DNA of 64,000 nt from Bacteroidia bacterium (GCA_023228875.1 JALOAG010000008.1:19163-83162), one strand, 5' to 3'. Numbered from the stretch's first letter, positions 22,865-34,243 are shown. The notes: generated by a model from the sequence alone, not told the origin. Numbers and translations are program-made.

Positions 22865-24140
22865 TAAAGCGAGTAGGATAGAGGTGTTGGGTGAAAGTTT
22901 GATTTTCAAAACACTCTCAAATGGACTAAAGGTATTATACAAAAAAGTGGCACATTCTCATGTGGCACACTGTGGACTAGTAATCAATGCCGGCTCTCGT
23001 GATGATGATGGGTATATGGGTGCTGCGCATTGTATGGAACACATGCTTTTTAAAGGCACACAAAAGCGAAAATCTTTTCATATTCTTAATCGCATTGATT
23101 CTGTTGGTGGGGAAATCAATGCATATACAACCAAAGAAGTTACTGTACTTTATTCTACTGTTTATGAAGTATTCTTAGATAGAGCCGTGGAACTGCTTTT
23201 TGACGTTGCTTACCATTCAACTTTTCCTGTCAAAGAGTTGGCAAAAGAGCGCAAAGTCATCAAGGATGAAATCAGAATGTATGAAGATTCTCCTGATGAC
23301 AATATCTTTGATGAATTTCAAGAACTCATATTCAAAGATAATCCACTTGCAGGGAATATTTTAGGCACTGAAAAGAGCTTAGATACCATTACTTCAAAAA
23401 CATTGCGTGACTTTACTTCGGTTTATTATAAACCTGAAAATATGGTTTTTGTGGTGGTTTCAGATTTGCCTTCAGAAAAGATATTTAGAAAGATTGAAAA
23501 ATATGCACTCCAACCGCCTTTAAAATCCGACAATAAATCAGGATTTAATCCCATTAGAAAAAAGAATCAAGATTTTAATGTGCAAACAGTGATTAAAGAA
23601 ACAGACCATGTTCAAAGTTATGTGGTAATTGGCGGACAAGCGTCTCAATCGAATTCACCTGATAGATTAAAGGAAACATTGCTTCTCAATATTTTAGGTG
23701 GACCTGCGCTTAATTCACGTTTAAGTTTAGCAATCAGAGAGAAATATGGGTTTACTTATAATATTGAAGCAGGTACAACTCATTTTACCGATACTGGATT
23801 CTTCCATTGTTTTGCAGGTACTGATAATGCTCATCATAAAAAGACAATTGCGCTCATTCATAAGGAACTTGAGAAATTAAAAAACAAGAAATTAGGAGCA
23901 CTTCAAATGCACAATGCACTCAATCAATTTACCGGTCAAATCATGCTTGCCGAAGAAAATAAACTTTCATCCGTTATTGCAATGGGCAGGCAGTGGGCAC
24001 AAGGAGAAAAAGTGCTTACCCTGAGAGAAATTCTTGAATATGTCAATTCTATTACGGCAGTGCAATTGTTAGAGGTAGCAAACAGGTTATTCGAAAAAGA
24101 CAAGTTAAGTTTGCTGTCCTATATTCCGTCCAAAGACTAA
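22839..24140 (+). CDS. M16 (pitrilysin) family zinc peptidase
   Basis: It has the inverted zinc motif HxxEH (HCMEHMLFKGT). Confidence 0.8.
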   Translation: MNYSQKLFNKASRIEVLGESLIFKTLSNGLKVLYKKVAHSHVAHCGLVINAGSRDDDGYMGAAHCMEHMLFKGTQKRKSFHILNRIDSVGGEINAYTTKEVTVLYSTVYEVFLDRAVELLFDVAYHSTFPVKELAKERKVIKDEIRMYEDSPDDNIFDEFQELIFKDNPLAGNILGTEKSLDTITSKTLRDFTSVYYKPENMVFVVVSDLPSEKIFRKIEKYALQPPLKSDNKSGFNPIRKKNQDFNVQTVIKETDHVQSYVVIGGQASQSNSPDRLKETLLLNILGGPALNSRLSLAIREKYGFTYNIEAGTTHFTDTGFFHCFAGTDNAHHKKTIALIHKELEKLKNKKLGALQMHNALNQFTGQIMLAEENKLSSVIAMGRQWAQGEKVLTLREILEYVNSITAVQLLEVANRLFEKDKLSLLSYIPSKD

Positions 24141-24181
24141 ATAGTTTGAGATATTTTCATTCATTATTTGTTTCGGATTTT

Positions 24182-25531
24182 CTATAAATCCAATAAAATA
24201 CTTGTGGCAGAACTTTTCTTAATTAATCCCATTTTACTCATCTTGTTGAAGCGTTCTTTACCTACTTTGTGATATTGTTTCTGTAGCACAACAAAAATGG
24301 ATTTCACAATGACTAATGTTCCTTCTAATAAGAGTCCGAAGTCTAAGGTACCCATAGAAATAAGGTTTGCCGGCAACCCTTGGATTCTCAGCATTACTAA
24401 GGCAAATAAGAATGCAAGCGGGATGACTGTTGCTACAATCAGGGTGGTGCGCCAGTTGAATAAGAATATGAATACAATGAGTGAAACCAATTCGATTCCG
24501 GTGATTAAGTTTTCACTAACTGTCTTTACAGTGGTTCCGACTAATTCTGTTCTATCTATAAAGGGTTCAATATTGACATCTTTTGGTAAAATTCTGTTAT
24601 TTAATTCATGGATTTTGTCTTTAACCCTAGCGATTACTTCATTTGGGTTTTCTCCCCTTAACATAATAACAATTCCTTCTATCAAATCATCTTCGTCTTG
24701 CAGTCCTACAATACCTAAACGGGGTTTGGCTGTAACTTTCACTTCTGCAATATGTTTTACTAATATTGGTGTAGTTCCTCTTATCTGGATTACAATATTC
24801 TCAATGTCAGCAACGCTTTCTAGCAAGCCAACTCCTCTGACAACATATGCTTGGTCGCCTTTTTCAATAACATCACCACCTACATTGACATTGCTTTTTG
24901 AAACAGCTTCAAATGCTTCTAAAGGTGAGAGGTTGTAATTTGCTAGTTCTGTTGGATTAATCTTGATTTCATAGATTTTTTCTTCTCCTCCAAAACTCAC
25001 CACATCTGCCACGCCAGGCACCGCAGTCAGTTCCCTCTCAATAACCCAATCTTGAATAGCTGTTAGTTCTTTGATTGGTTTTTTACTTTTGATAACATAA
25101 CGAAAAATTTCTCCTGTTGCCCCACTTGGTGGTTCAATGCTCGTTTGTACACCTTCTGGTAGGGGTATCCCATGCAAACGATTAGAAGTGTATTGCTGAG
25201 CATAGAAGTCTGAAACATCATCGTCAAAGATTACCGAAACTATAGATAGACCAAATAATGAAATTGAGCGAACGTTAGATTTCTTTGGTATAGTGCTGAC
25301 TGCTTGAGTGATAGGGAGGGTTACAAATTTCTCAACCTCTTCTGCACTTCTTCCAGGCCATTGTGTAATAATTCTTGCGCGAACATTGGTAACATCAGGA
25401 AATGCTTCTATTGGGGTATGTATATAACTGACTATCCCTGCAACTAGTAATAATGCTGTTAAAAAGAATATTATAATATGATTCTTGAGAGAAAAGGCAA
25501 CTATTTTTAGCACTAATCTTTTCATATTCAA
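24182..25531 (-). pseudogene. truncated CzcA/CusA-family RND efflux permease. Only about 449 of roughly 1040 aa are present.
   Basis: The N-terminus matches the heavy-metal efflux RND family. The ORF stops 41 nt from the convergent M16 peptidase gene, so no space remains for the other ~600 codons. Confidence 0.7.
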
Positions 25532-25552
25532 TTGGTAATTACTTCTAGTTAA

Positions 25553-26434
25553 TTAATGCAAAAAGTTTTTTATTTCTTCATAAACCAATAACTGATTACG
25601 GGTAATTACCTTTTCACCTTCTTGTAATCCATGTGCAATAAAGGTTGTTCCGCTATATTGAGATAGAGTTTCAATTTTTCTAATTTCAATATCTGTTTGT
25701 GAGCGATACACTACCACGAAACTTTGGTTGTCATCAAACACAATAGCATCACTCGGAATACAGAGTTTTTCTGTGTTTACTTTGTTAAAAGCAATTGCCT
25801 CAATCATCATTCCCGGCTTTAGTTTCATATCAATGTTAGGTAGCACTACTCTCGCTTTTAATACTTTGGCTTGTTGGTGGTAGGCATCGGTGAGTTTTTT
25901 TATTTCAACTATTTGATTCTGATAAATATCGACCATACGCTCAAGATATGTTTGAGAATAAAGTAGTTTTCGAAATTGTAACTTTAGCGAACGTATCAGG
26001 TCTGCAAATCCTTCTTTTGTTTTATTCAGCTTTGCTTCCTCCATAGCCATGTTTTTCCATCTTTTTCCGGCAGTTATAATGAGTTGTTCAAAAGATAGAC
26101 TCGCATTTTGATATTTTCCCACATGCCCCTTACCCCATGATGGAAGCTCTTGAGCAAAAACAGCCCTTTGTTTGGCTTCTGGATTCCAGAGATTTACATC
26201 TTCAATACTCAGCAAAGGGTTGGGCCATAACTTCGCTTGAATCAAATCCGCTTCTGCTTTGGAAATCTCGAATTGATGTGCCATTAACAGCAGATTCTCG
26301 TTTATAAACTTGGCTTCGCATTGATTATATGTGAGAGTCAGGGTATCATTTGCGTTTGTTTTTGTAATGGAAATAATAGAAATGATGATAAGCAGGGTAT
26401 GCTTAAAAAATTGCTGTATTGCACTCATATTCAA
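25553..26434 (-). pseudogene. fusion remnant of an outer-membrane factor (CzcC/TolC-like) N-terminus with a membrane-fusion protein (CzcB-like) C-terminus. It looks like an internal-deletion relic.
   Basis: The N-terminal ~190 aa has a signal peptide and the TolC-family LTLTYNQCEA...WPNPLLS pattern. The C-terminal ~100 aa resembles the periplasmic-adaptor beta-barrel/MP domain (...LCIPSDAIVFDDNQSFVVVYR...EGEKVITRNQLLV). Confidence 0.55.
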
Positions 26435-26497
26435 AGTGCAAAGTTTCCTACTACTACCTTAAAATAACCTTAAAGTGATTAAATTTTGTCTTAGTGT

Positions 26498-27881
26498 TTA
26501 AAGCGTATGATTTTGTTTTTCAAATTCAATCGAAAAAACATTGAGCCCAGGAGTAGGTGCAGCATAAGAGATATTCCCATTGTGGAGGATAATTATTTTT
26601 TGGGATAATACCAGCCCTAATCCAAACCCGCTATGTTGTTTGCTGTTTGCTCCTCTGAAAAAATGTTGGAAAAGAAACTTTACTTCTTCCGGTGCCAGCG
26701 TTTTGCCGGAGTTTGTAATGTCAATTTTCAGTGAGTGATAATTTGTGCAGTCAATGGTAATCTGTGCTTTTTTGTTGTTAGAATATCGAATAGCATTTAA
26801 CAGTATATTCAACAATGCTTGCTTAAGCAATTGCTCATTTGCCTTGATAATGAGGTCTGATTCTTTAAAAGAGTCAGGTTTGTATTGAAGTTCGAAACTA
26901 AAATCAGTATATAAGACTTTCAACTCATCCATTATGTCGAATAAGCACTCATCCATTCTGACATCTTTTTGAATTGTGGCTTGCCCTGCCTCCACTTTTG
27001 ATATTTCAAGTAATGTGTTAATAATATCACCTAGCGATTTAGCTCGACATACTTGTTCGCCAAGTTGTTCATGTAGTTTCACATCTGAACTGATATTTTT
27101 GATGCGTTCTAGTTCAGATACTAAGACTGCAATGGGTGTCTTTAACTCATGTGAAATATGTTGAACCGCATTTTTCTGAAAAACGAAAGATTCATGGGTG
27201 CGAGTGAGCAATTCCTTAAATTGTTCTTGTAGGTAATCGATTTCTGTTGATGTTGTTCTGGTATTGCTTAATTCAAAGTGAGTTTTATTAATATTGATTT
27301 TTTTCATTTGGTCAGCCAATGCAGTTATTGGTTTTGAAATTATATTGGCGAGAAACAAGGAACCTAGAATCATGATTCCGGCTATTACAATAAAAATAAT
27401 AATCAGCACATTCCGCAAATATTGCAGTTTTGAGTAACCAAATTCATCATACGCTTTTAGCACTGCATAAAATGCTTCTTTGTTTTTTTTCTATATAAAC
27501 TCCAATCAAGTCATAATCCCCGTCCTTGGTCTCAATCCAGCGATTTGATGGTGAGAGTTGATTCGTAATTTCGTTTGCACTCTTGATAGGCAGGTCATTT
27601 ATGCTTGAAAAAACTAGCTTCTTTTTGCTATCAAATACCAAAAGTTTTTCATCATAAAAGTCGTGGATATTTTGTTTGTCAATCAAATCCAATAGTTCTC
27701 TATTGCGTACTTGGTAATCTCCGATTAGCTCGATAGAATAATTTACTTTTTCGTTCATCCTCTCTTGAAATTCCTCTTCTCGGTATTCTGCAAAGAGAAT
27801 GTAAATGGCTGAGAGGGTAAGAGCCGCTAAAATGATGATGGTAGTTGAAAAGTAAATGAGTATTTTATTTCTGATTTTCAT
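26498..27881 (-). pseudogene. sensor histidine kinase interrupted by a +1 frameshift in an A8 run. It is split into two ORFs, 27881-27447 and 27463-26498.
   Basis: ORF1 has TM1 plus a periplasmic domain. ORF2 has TM2, HAMP, HisKA (HELKTP) and HATPase. Deleting one A from the A8 tract (minus strand, 27483-27490) restores a continuous ~461-aa reading frame. Confidence 0.7.
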
Positions 27882-28566
27882 TGCACCTCAATGTAGTAGC
27901 CATATCCCACCTTAGTCTTTATGCTTTTTTTGTTAAAAGGTTTGTCTATCTTGTTTCTAAGAAAGTTAATGTAAACCTCTATTGTATTTGTATTTGCATC
28001 AAAGGAGCGCCCCCAGATTTCTTTTATTAATTCAGCTTTTGACACAAGCTCTCCCGTAGTTCTGCTTAACCTAAGAAGTATTTGATATTCTCTTGGTGTT
28101 AAATTGATTTCATTTCCTTGTCTGGACACGGTTTTAGATAAAGTATTGATTGAAATATCTCCAACAATAAGCAATGCTTTTTCTGATTGCGCTGTTGGTG
28201 CTAATCCTGCTCGTTTTGATAAGGCATTGATGCGTATTATCAACTCTCTCATAAAGAATGGTTTTGTGAGATAGTCATCTGCACCACAGTCAAAGCCTTT
28301 GATTTTATCCTCTAATTCGCTAAATGCCGTAAGCATTAATACAGGTGTGGTGGTATCAAATGTTCTGAAATTTTGACAAAGAGTATAGCCGTTCATACCA
28401 GGCAGGTTAATGTCCAATACAACACAATCAAAATTTTCTCTTTTTAAGATTTTTTCTGCAAGTAAACCATCGTAAACGCTAGTAGGATAGGCTCCATCTG
28501 CTGTTAGTGCCTCGCAAATATTTCTCATGAGTTGGGTCGTCTTCGACAATCAAGACCTTCATAGTT
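27878..28566 (-). pseudogene. OmpR-family response regulator with a frameshift in its first ~15 codons
   Basis: ATG at 28563 encodes MKVLIVEDDPTHEKYL, the canonical receiver beta1, then stops after 27 codons. The rest of the receiver and the winged-helix domain (DCVVLDINLPGMNGY..., ...YGYYIEVQ) continue in the +1 frame. Confidence 0.65.
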
Positions 28567-28653
28567 GCAAAAGTAGAAAGTTATTCTTGGATAATCCGAT
28601 ATTGTCAGGAATTTACTCAATAATCAATTAATTTTGCGATTTCAAATTTCAAC

Positions 28654-30546
28654 ATGAGCGATTCTATCAAACACGAATGTGGTATTGCATTCATTCGACT
28701 GCTTAAACCTCTTGAATACTATAAAGAAAAATACAATGAGCCATTATGGGGCTTGTCTCGAATGAGACTCTTAATGGTTAAACAACTCAATCGCGGTCAA
28801 GATGGTGCAGGATTGGGGGTCGTAAAGCTCAATCCGGAATTTGGTAATAGATATTTAGCACGTAAACGCTCTATTTCTAAGGGAGCTGTCGCAGAAATAT
28901 TTGAACAAATACATGAACAGTACAAGGCTTTTCCTGCGGATAAACAAGAAGATATTGATTGGCTAAAGGTAAATTTCCCTTATGCCGGAGAAGTGTTGCT
29001 TGGTCATTTGCGTTATGGTACAAGCGGGGGGAATAATATAGAGAACTTGCATCCCTTCTTGAGACAAAATAACTGGATGAGTCGTAATCTCATGATGGCA
29101 GGTAATCACAATTTGACTAATGTGGATGAATTGTTTGAGACTTTGATTCAGTTGGGACAACAGCCTAAGGAGATGAGCGACAATGTTACCATTTTGGAAA
29201 AAATCGGACATTTTTTGGATGAAGAAAATCAAGAGATTTTTAGAAAGTACAAGGACTTAGGTTTAACTAATGTTGAAATTACGGAGAAGATTAAACAAGA
29301 ACTGAACCTTGTCAAGATTCTGAAAAGAAGTGTCAAAGATTTTGATGGGGCATACAACCTTGTGGGGATTGTAGGTCATGGAGATTCATTCATTATTAGA
29401 GACCCGAATGGTATCAGACCGTCTTACTATTATGCAAATGATGAATTTATTGTAGGAGCCTCAGAAAGAGCTGCAATTTGCACCGTTTTTAATCTTCAAC
29501 CGGATGATGTGCAAGAGCTGGAACCGGGTCATGCATTAATTATCAAAGCAGACAAAAGTTGGATGATTGATGAAATTATTCCTGCCGGTGAAAAGAAAAG
29601 CTGTTCATTTGAAAGAATATACTTCTCCAGAGGAAATGACCGCGATATCTATAAAGAGCGGAGAATGTTGGGGCAGCTGTTAGCACCCGAAATATTGAAA
29701 AAGCTGAATTATGATTTTGAAAATACTGTTGTTTCTTATGTGCCCAATACGGCTGCTACTTGTTTTTATGGCTTAATTGACGGTATTAATGAGTGTAGAA
29801 AGGAACTGGAAATTGAAGAAATTCTAAAGAATAAGGAAACGCTGACTAAAGAATATCTTAAAAATGTTTTTAGAAACAATGTCAGAAGAGAAAAAGTGCT
29901 TATAAAAGACACCAAGATTCGCACATTCATTACAACTGAAAAAGATCGTGGAAACTTGGTAGGCTCAGTTTATGATATTACTTATAACTCCATAAGACCC
30001 CAAGTGGATAACCTTGTCATTGTAGATGATTCTATTGTTAGAGGGACCACCATGCGCGATAGTATTTTAAGTATTTTAGGCAGATTGAATCCTAAGAAGG
30101 TGATTGTTGTGTCTTCTTGCCCACAAATCCGCTATCCTGATTGTTACGGTATTGACATGAGCCGTATGAAAGAGTTTGTGGCATTTAATGCAGTATTGGA
30201 AGTGTTAAAAGATAAGAAAATGACACACAAATTGGATGAAATTTATCAGAACTGTAAAGCAGAAAACGAAAAACCTTTACATCAAATTCAGAATAGATTA
30301 AAAGACTTATATGCGTTGGTGAGTGAAGAAGAAATTGTTGCAAAAATTGCACAACTGCTTACTCCAAAAGATTATTCATCTGAAGTTGAGTTTGTGTTTC
30401 AGTCAATAGAGGGATTGCATAAAGCATGTCCAGATAATTTGGGTGATTGGTATTTCTCAGGCGATTATCCTACTCCGGGAGGTAATAGGGTTGCAAACCG
30501 CTCCTTCTGCTATTTTTACGAAAAAAATCCAGCCAGAGCTTATTAA
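28654..30546 (+). CDS. purF: amidophosphoribosyltransferase (long Bacteroidota-type, class II glutamine amidotransferase)
   Basis: It has an N-terminal nucleophile Cys (HECGIAF), the PRTase-type DDSIVRGTT motif and ~630 aa length. Confidence 0.8.
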   Translation: MSDSIKHECGIAFIRLLKPLEYYKEKYNEPLWGLSRMRLLMVKQLNRGQDGAGLGVVKLNPEFGNRYLARKRSISKGAVAEIFEQIHEQYKAFPADKQEDIDWLKVNFPYAGEVLLGHLRYGTSGGNNIENLHPFLRQNNWMSRNLMMAGNHNLTNVDELFETLIQLGQQPKEMSDNVTILEKIGHFLDEENQEIFRKYKDLGLTNVEITEKIKQELNLVKILKRSVKDFDGAYNLVGIVGHGDSFIIRDPNGIRPSYYYANDEFIVGASERAAICTVFNLQPDDVQELEPGHALIIKADKSWMIDEIIPAGEKKSCSFERIYFSRGNDRDIYKERRMLGQLLAPEILKKLNYDFENTVVSYVPNTAATCFYGLIDGINECRKELEIEEILKNKETLTKEYLKNVFRNNVRREKVLIKDTKIRTFITTEKDRGNLVGSVYDITYNSIRPQVDNLVIVDDSIVRGTTMRDSILSILGRLNPKKVIVVSSCPQIRYPDCYGIDMSRMKEFVAFNAVLEVLKDKKMTHKLDEIYQNCKAENEKPLHQIQNRLKDLYALVSEEEIVAKIAQLLTPKDYSSEVEFVFQSIEGLHKACPDNLGDWYFSGDYPTPGGNRVANRSFCYFYEKNPARAY

Positions 30547-30779
30547 GCGCAATGTTCAATGGTTGCATTTTCGTTGTCGAAAAAGAAATATCCCTCCAGT
30601 TTGTTCATGTGTGTTTGTGAAGGTGGCTAATAAATAGAATGTTTGGTTTGTTTTTAGTGGAAATGTGGATGAAACTAATGTTAAGTTTATATACTGTTGC
30701 CATTACTTCGCAGGGTGTTGAGGGTGCGAATGTCATTGAGTAACAATTCTAACCCTGTTTACCACGTTAAACTTATTTA

Positions 30780-31559
30780 ATGCGGAATATCTTAAAACCA
30801 AGTGCGATCTGTTTAGTATTTGCTGTTGTAGCGATTTCATGGAGTGCTTGTAAAAATCGAAAGCAAATAGTTTCCGAAGATTTGTCTATTATTACTGCGG
30901 ATAACTATGTGAAAGTATTGCAAGCAAAAGCATCAGGATGGACATTGTTTTCAAGTAAACTTAAGGTAGAATATATTGATGGTGGCTCAAGTATGACAGC
31001 CAATGCCTCATTGCGTATGAAACGCGATAGTTTGATTTGGATGTCTGTGTCTGTATTGGGATTTGAGGCTGCTCGAGTGCTTATTACACAGGATTCTTTT
31101 TTTATTATGCAAAAAATGCCGCAAAAGCATATAGAGGCAAATAGTATTGATGTGTTAGGTAATTATATTGGTACTTCTGTTTCATTGACTCAATTACAAA
31201 ATTTATTACTTGGAAATACAATTTTAGAACCGCGCCAATATCGTTGGAGCGACTCACCGGATGAAGGTATATTTTACCTAAAGGGGCGTAAAGATTCAAT
31301 CGAAGTTACGCATCGATATTATTTTAAAAACATTGTACCCATAGATGCCGTTATACGTAGTTTAACAGTGTATAACAAGGCTACCATTACTTACCAAGGC
31401 ACACAGAAAACCAATCTTAAGGATGTGCCAGCTAAGTGTTCTTTCAAAATCGAATACTCACCGGAGAGTCAGCCGATTTCAGTAAATATTGACTTTCAAT
31501 CACCGGAGTTCCCGAATAATTTAACATTCCCATTCTCTAAACCTACAAACAATGAATAA
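30780..31559 (+). CDS. lipoprotein of unknown function (DUF4292-like), paired with the downstream M23 peptidase
   Basis: It has a lipobox (...ISWSACKN). The call rests on its being upstream of an EnvC-like M23 gene, a common Bacteroidota pairing. Confidence 0.5.
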   Translation: MRNILKPSAICLVFAVVAISWSACKNRKQIVSEDLSIITADNYVKVLQAKASGWTLFSSKLKVEYIDGGSSMTANASLRMKRDSLIWMSVSVLGFEAARVLITQDSFFIMQKMPQKHIEANSIDVLGNYIGTSVSLTQLQNLLLGNTILEPRQYRWSDSPDEGIFYLKGRKDSIEVTHRYYFKNIVPIDAVIRSLTVYNKATITYQGTQKTNLKDVPAKCSFKIEYSPESQPISVNIDFQSPEFPNNLTFPFSKPTNNE

Positions 31560-32796
31560 TTTCTTCCTTAAGTATATTTTGCTTGTGTTTGTTGCAGTAT
31601 TTGTCATTAATACAGCCCAAGCTCAAGATAGGAAAACGCTTGAAAGAAAGAAAATTGCGGCTCAAAAAGAAATTGATTTAACAAAGAAAATTCTTTTGCA
31701 AACCGGCAAACAAAAAACAGATAATCTGCACGCCTTAATGGCTATCAAAAATCTTATCAAAGCAAGAGAAAAACTCATTTATACGTTATCACAACAAGTA
31801 GATGAAGTTGCTAATGAGCTTGAAATTCAAAAGGAAGAATTAATTGTTCTGGAAAGTAGATTAGAAGCTGAAAAAGGTAATTATGCGAAACTCATTGTAA
31901 ATACTTATAAAACACGCGGCACATACAATGAAGTTGCTTTTATTTTTTCATCAACAGGGTTCTTCAATGCTCTGACCCGTTTGAAATATCTAAAGATGTT
32001 CAGCAATGAACAAGACAGGCTGGTTCACTCAATTGAAGAAAAAAAGGTTCAGATACATGATGCCATTGTACGACTGGAAAAACTGAAAATTGAATTAGAA
32101 TCTTTATTAGGACAAAGAGTTCAGGAGCGAGACAAACTGGAAGGTGATAAAGTTCAAAAGGATGAAATGGTAAAATCTTTGTCAAATAGAGAAAAAGAAC
32201 TCAACGAAAAACTAAAAAAGCAACAAGCCGCTTATAACGAACTTGACAGGCAGATAAAGATTGCGATACAACGAGAAATAGAGGAGGCACGCAAGAAACG
32301 AGAAGCCGAGAATAAGAAGAAAGGTAAAACGGAAGAAAATAAGTCCAATGTGAATATTCTTACACCTGAAGCACAAGCTTTGTCTAATGAGTTTGCGGGT
32401 AACCGATTAAAACTGCCATGGCCCACAGAAACAGGATTTATAACCCAAAAGTTTGGAAATAATGCACATCCCACGCTTGCAGGCATTTACATCGAAAATA
32501 ACGGAGTAGATATTGCCACACAAAAAGGAACAAAAGCCAGAGCAGTGTTCAAAGGTGAGGTTGTTACAATTTTTCAAGTGCCGGGTATGGGAAAAGCAAT
32601 ACTCATCAATCACGGTGAATATTATTCTGTTTATGCGCGTTTGGATGAGATTTTTGTAAAACAAGGACAGAAAGTGAATACCAAAGAATCTCTGGGAATT
32701 ATTTTTACGGATGATAGCGGTAAAACCGAATTACATTTTGAAATTTGGAAAAACACAGACAAGCTGAATCCCGAGCAGTGGTTAATGAAAAGATAA
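31552..32796 (+). CDS. coiled-coil M23 family peptidoglycan DD-metalloendopeptidase (EnvC-like)
   Basis: It has a long coiled-coil N-terminal half and a C-terminal M23 LytM domain (...GIDIATQKGTKARAVFKGEV...). Confidence 0.8.
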   Translation: MNNFFLKYILLVFVAVFVINTAQAQDRKTLERKKIAAQKEIDLTKKILLQTGKQKTDNLHALMAIKNLIKAREKLIYTLSQQVDEVANELEIQKEELIVLESRLEAEKGNYAKLIVNTYKTRGTYNEVAFIFSSTGFFNALTRLKYLKMFSNEQDRLVHSIEEKKVQIHDAIVRLEKLKIELESLLGQRVQERDKLEGDKVQKDEMVKSLSNREKELNEKLKKQQAAYNELDRQIKIAIQREIEEARKKREAENKKKGKTEENKSNVNILTPEAQALSNEFAGNRLKLPWPTETGFITQKFGNNAHPTLAGIYIENNGVDIATQKGTKARAVFKGEVVTIFQVPGMGKAILINHGEYYSVYARLDEIFVKQGQKVNTKESLGIIFTDDSGKTELHFEIWKNTDKLNPEQWLMKR

Positions 32797-32811
32797 ATAG
32801 GTAGGTAAATT

Positions 32812-34206
32812 GTGAAAAAGAAGAAGTTCGACATTGTTCCTGCTGTAACCATAGAGCGTGCGGGTGGAGAAGGCAAGGCAATCGCCCATTTAGATGGGAA
32901 GGTGGCTTTTGTGAAGTATGCTGCAGTTGGCGATGTGGTAGATTTACGTTTGACCAAGGTCAAAGGGAAGTTTATAGAGGCTGAAATTCATAAATTAATT
33001 ACACCGGGAAGTGCCAGGCTACAGCCTTTTTGCGAGCATTTCGGTACTTGTGGAGGATGTCAATGGCAACATGTGAGCTATCAAGAGCAACTTGCAATCA
33101 AAAATCAATGGGCTTTAGACTGTTTGAACAGGATTGGCAAGGTAGATATTGCAGAGGTTTTACAACCTATGGCTGCACCTGATTTAATTGCATATAGAAA
33201 CAAAGTTGAATTTACGTTTTCTGATAAATGTTGGGAAGAACATTTTGATAAAAACAACCCTAAAGGCTTGAAAGGGCTTGGGTTTCACGTGCCAGGCAGG
33301 TGGGATAAGGTGCTGGATATTCGTTACTGTCATATTGCATCTGATTTAATGAACCAAGTACAGAACAGAATCAAAGCGATTGCAAAACAGCATGAGTTTG
33401 AGTTTTGGAAAACGCGAGAACAAGTAGGATGGTTGCGTAACTTGTTAATCAGAACTTCATCAACAGGCGATAACATGGTAATCTTGTCTGTGTTTGATGA
33501 GCGACCGGAAAGTATAACACTCATTTTTGATACATTAGCTTCTGAGTTTCCGCAGGTAAATTCTTGGCTCTATACAATCAATGACAAACGAAATGACAGT
33601 TGGACTGGGCTGGAACCTATTGTGTATAGAGGCAAAGGTTATATGGAGGAGCGAATGGAGGATTTGGTATTTAAAATCCGACCTTTTTCTTTCTTTCAAA
33701 CTAATTTTAAACAAGCTTTAAATCTTTACAAACTTGCGCGGGATTGGGCGCAAATAACTTCTCAAGATACTGTCTATGACCTTTATTCAGGTACCGGAAC
33801 TATTGCATTATTTGTGGCTAAGTTGGCAAAAAAAGTGATTGGATTGGAATATGTTGAGAGTGCTGTTTCAGATGCAAAAGACAATGCAATTGCAAATGGT
33901 CTTGATAATACGTTTTTTCAATCCGGAGATATGAAGGATTTGCTCAACACTTCCTTTTTTGAAATCCATGGCGTACCGGATATCATCATCACCGACCCAC
34001 CCAGAGACGGAATGCATCCGGATGTCATTCAGGCAATATTGTCAGCATCCCCGAGGCGTATTGTTTATGTGAGCTGCAACCCTGCAACGCAGGCAAGAGA
34101 TTTGACCCTGCTGTCAACAAAATATGATGTGATTAAGTCTCAAGCGGTAGATATGTTTCCGCATACAGCACATATAGAGAATGTTGCAATGTTAGAGCTG
34201 CGATAA
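32812..34206 (+). CDS. rlmD: 23S rRNA (uracil-C5)-methyltransferase RlmD/RumA
   Basis: It has a TRAM domain, a 4-Cys cluster (CEHFGTCGGCQWQH) and SAM-methyltransferase motifs with the catalytic C in VSCNP. Confidence 0.85.
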   Translation: MKKKKFDIVPAVTIERAGGEGKAIAHLDGKVAFVKYAAVGDVVDLRLTKVKGKFIEAEIHKLITPGSARLQPFCEHFGTCGGCQWQHVSYQEQLAIKNQWALDCLNRIGKVDIAEVLQPMAAPDLIAYRNKVEFTFSDKCWEEHFDKNNPKGLKGLGFHVPGRWDKVLDIRYCHIASDLMNQVQNRIKAIAKQHEFEFWKTREQVGWLRNLLIRTSSTGDNMVILSVFDERPESITLIFDTLASEFPQVNSWLYTINDKRNDSWTGLEPIVYRGKGYMEERMEDLVFKIRPFSFFQTNFKQALNLYKLARDWAQITSQDTVYDLYSGTGTIALFVAKLAKKVIGLEYVESAVSDAKDNAIANGLDNTFFQSGDMKDLLNTSFFEIHGVPDIIITDPPRDGMHPDVIQAILSASPRRIVYVSCNPATQARDLTLLSTKYDVIKSQAVDMFPHTAHIENVAMLELR

Positions 34207-34243
34207 TTTCAGTTTTATTGAATAATATGTTGTAATCTCTGAT

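Noticed and set aside
24297-24938. 213-aa plus-strand ORF inside the czcA remnant. The same applies to other antisense ORFs such as 5570-6103, 21121-21516 and 10506-10766.
   Set aside because: They lie fully antisense within well-supported protein-coding genes and have no recognisable domains. They are typical shadow ORFs.
30547-30779. 233-nt intergenic region downstream of purF, scanned for a tRNA or small RNA.
   Set aside because: I saw no cloverleaf-compatible arms, no terminator hairpin and no conserved boxes, so there is nothing to support a call.
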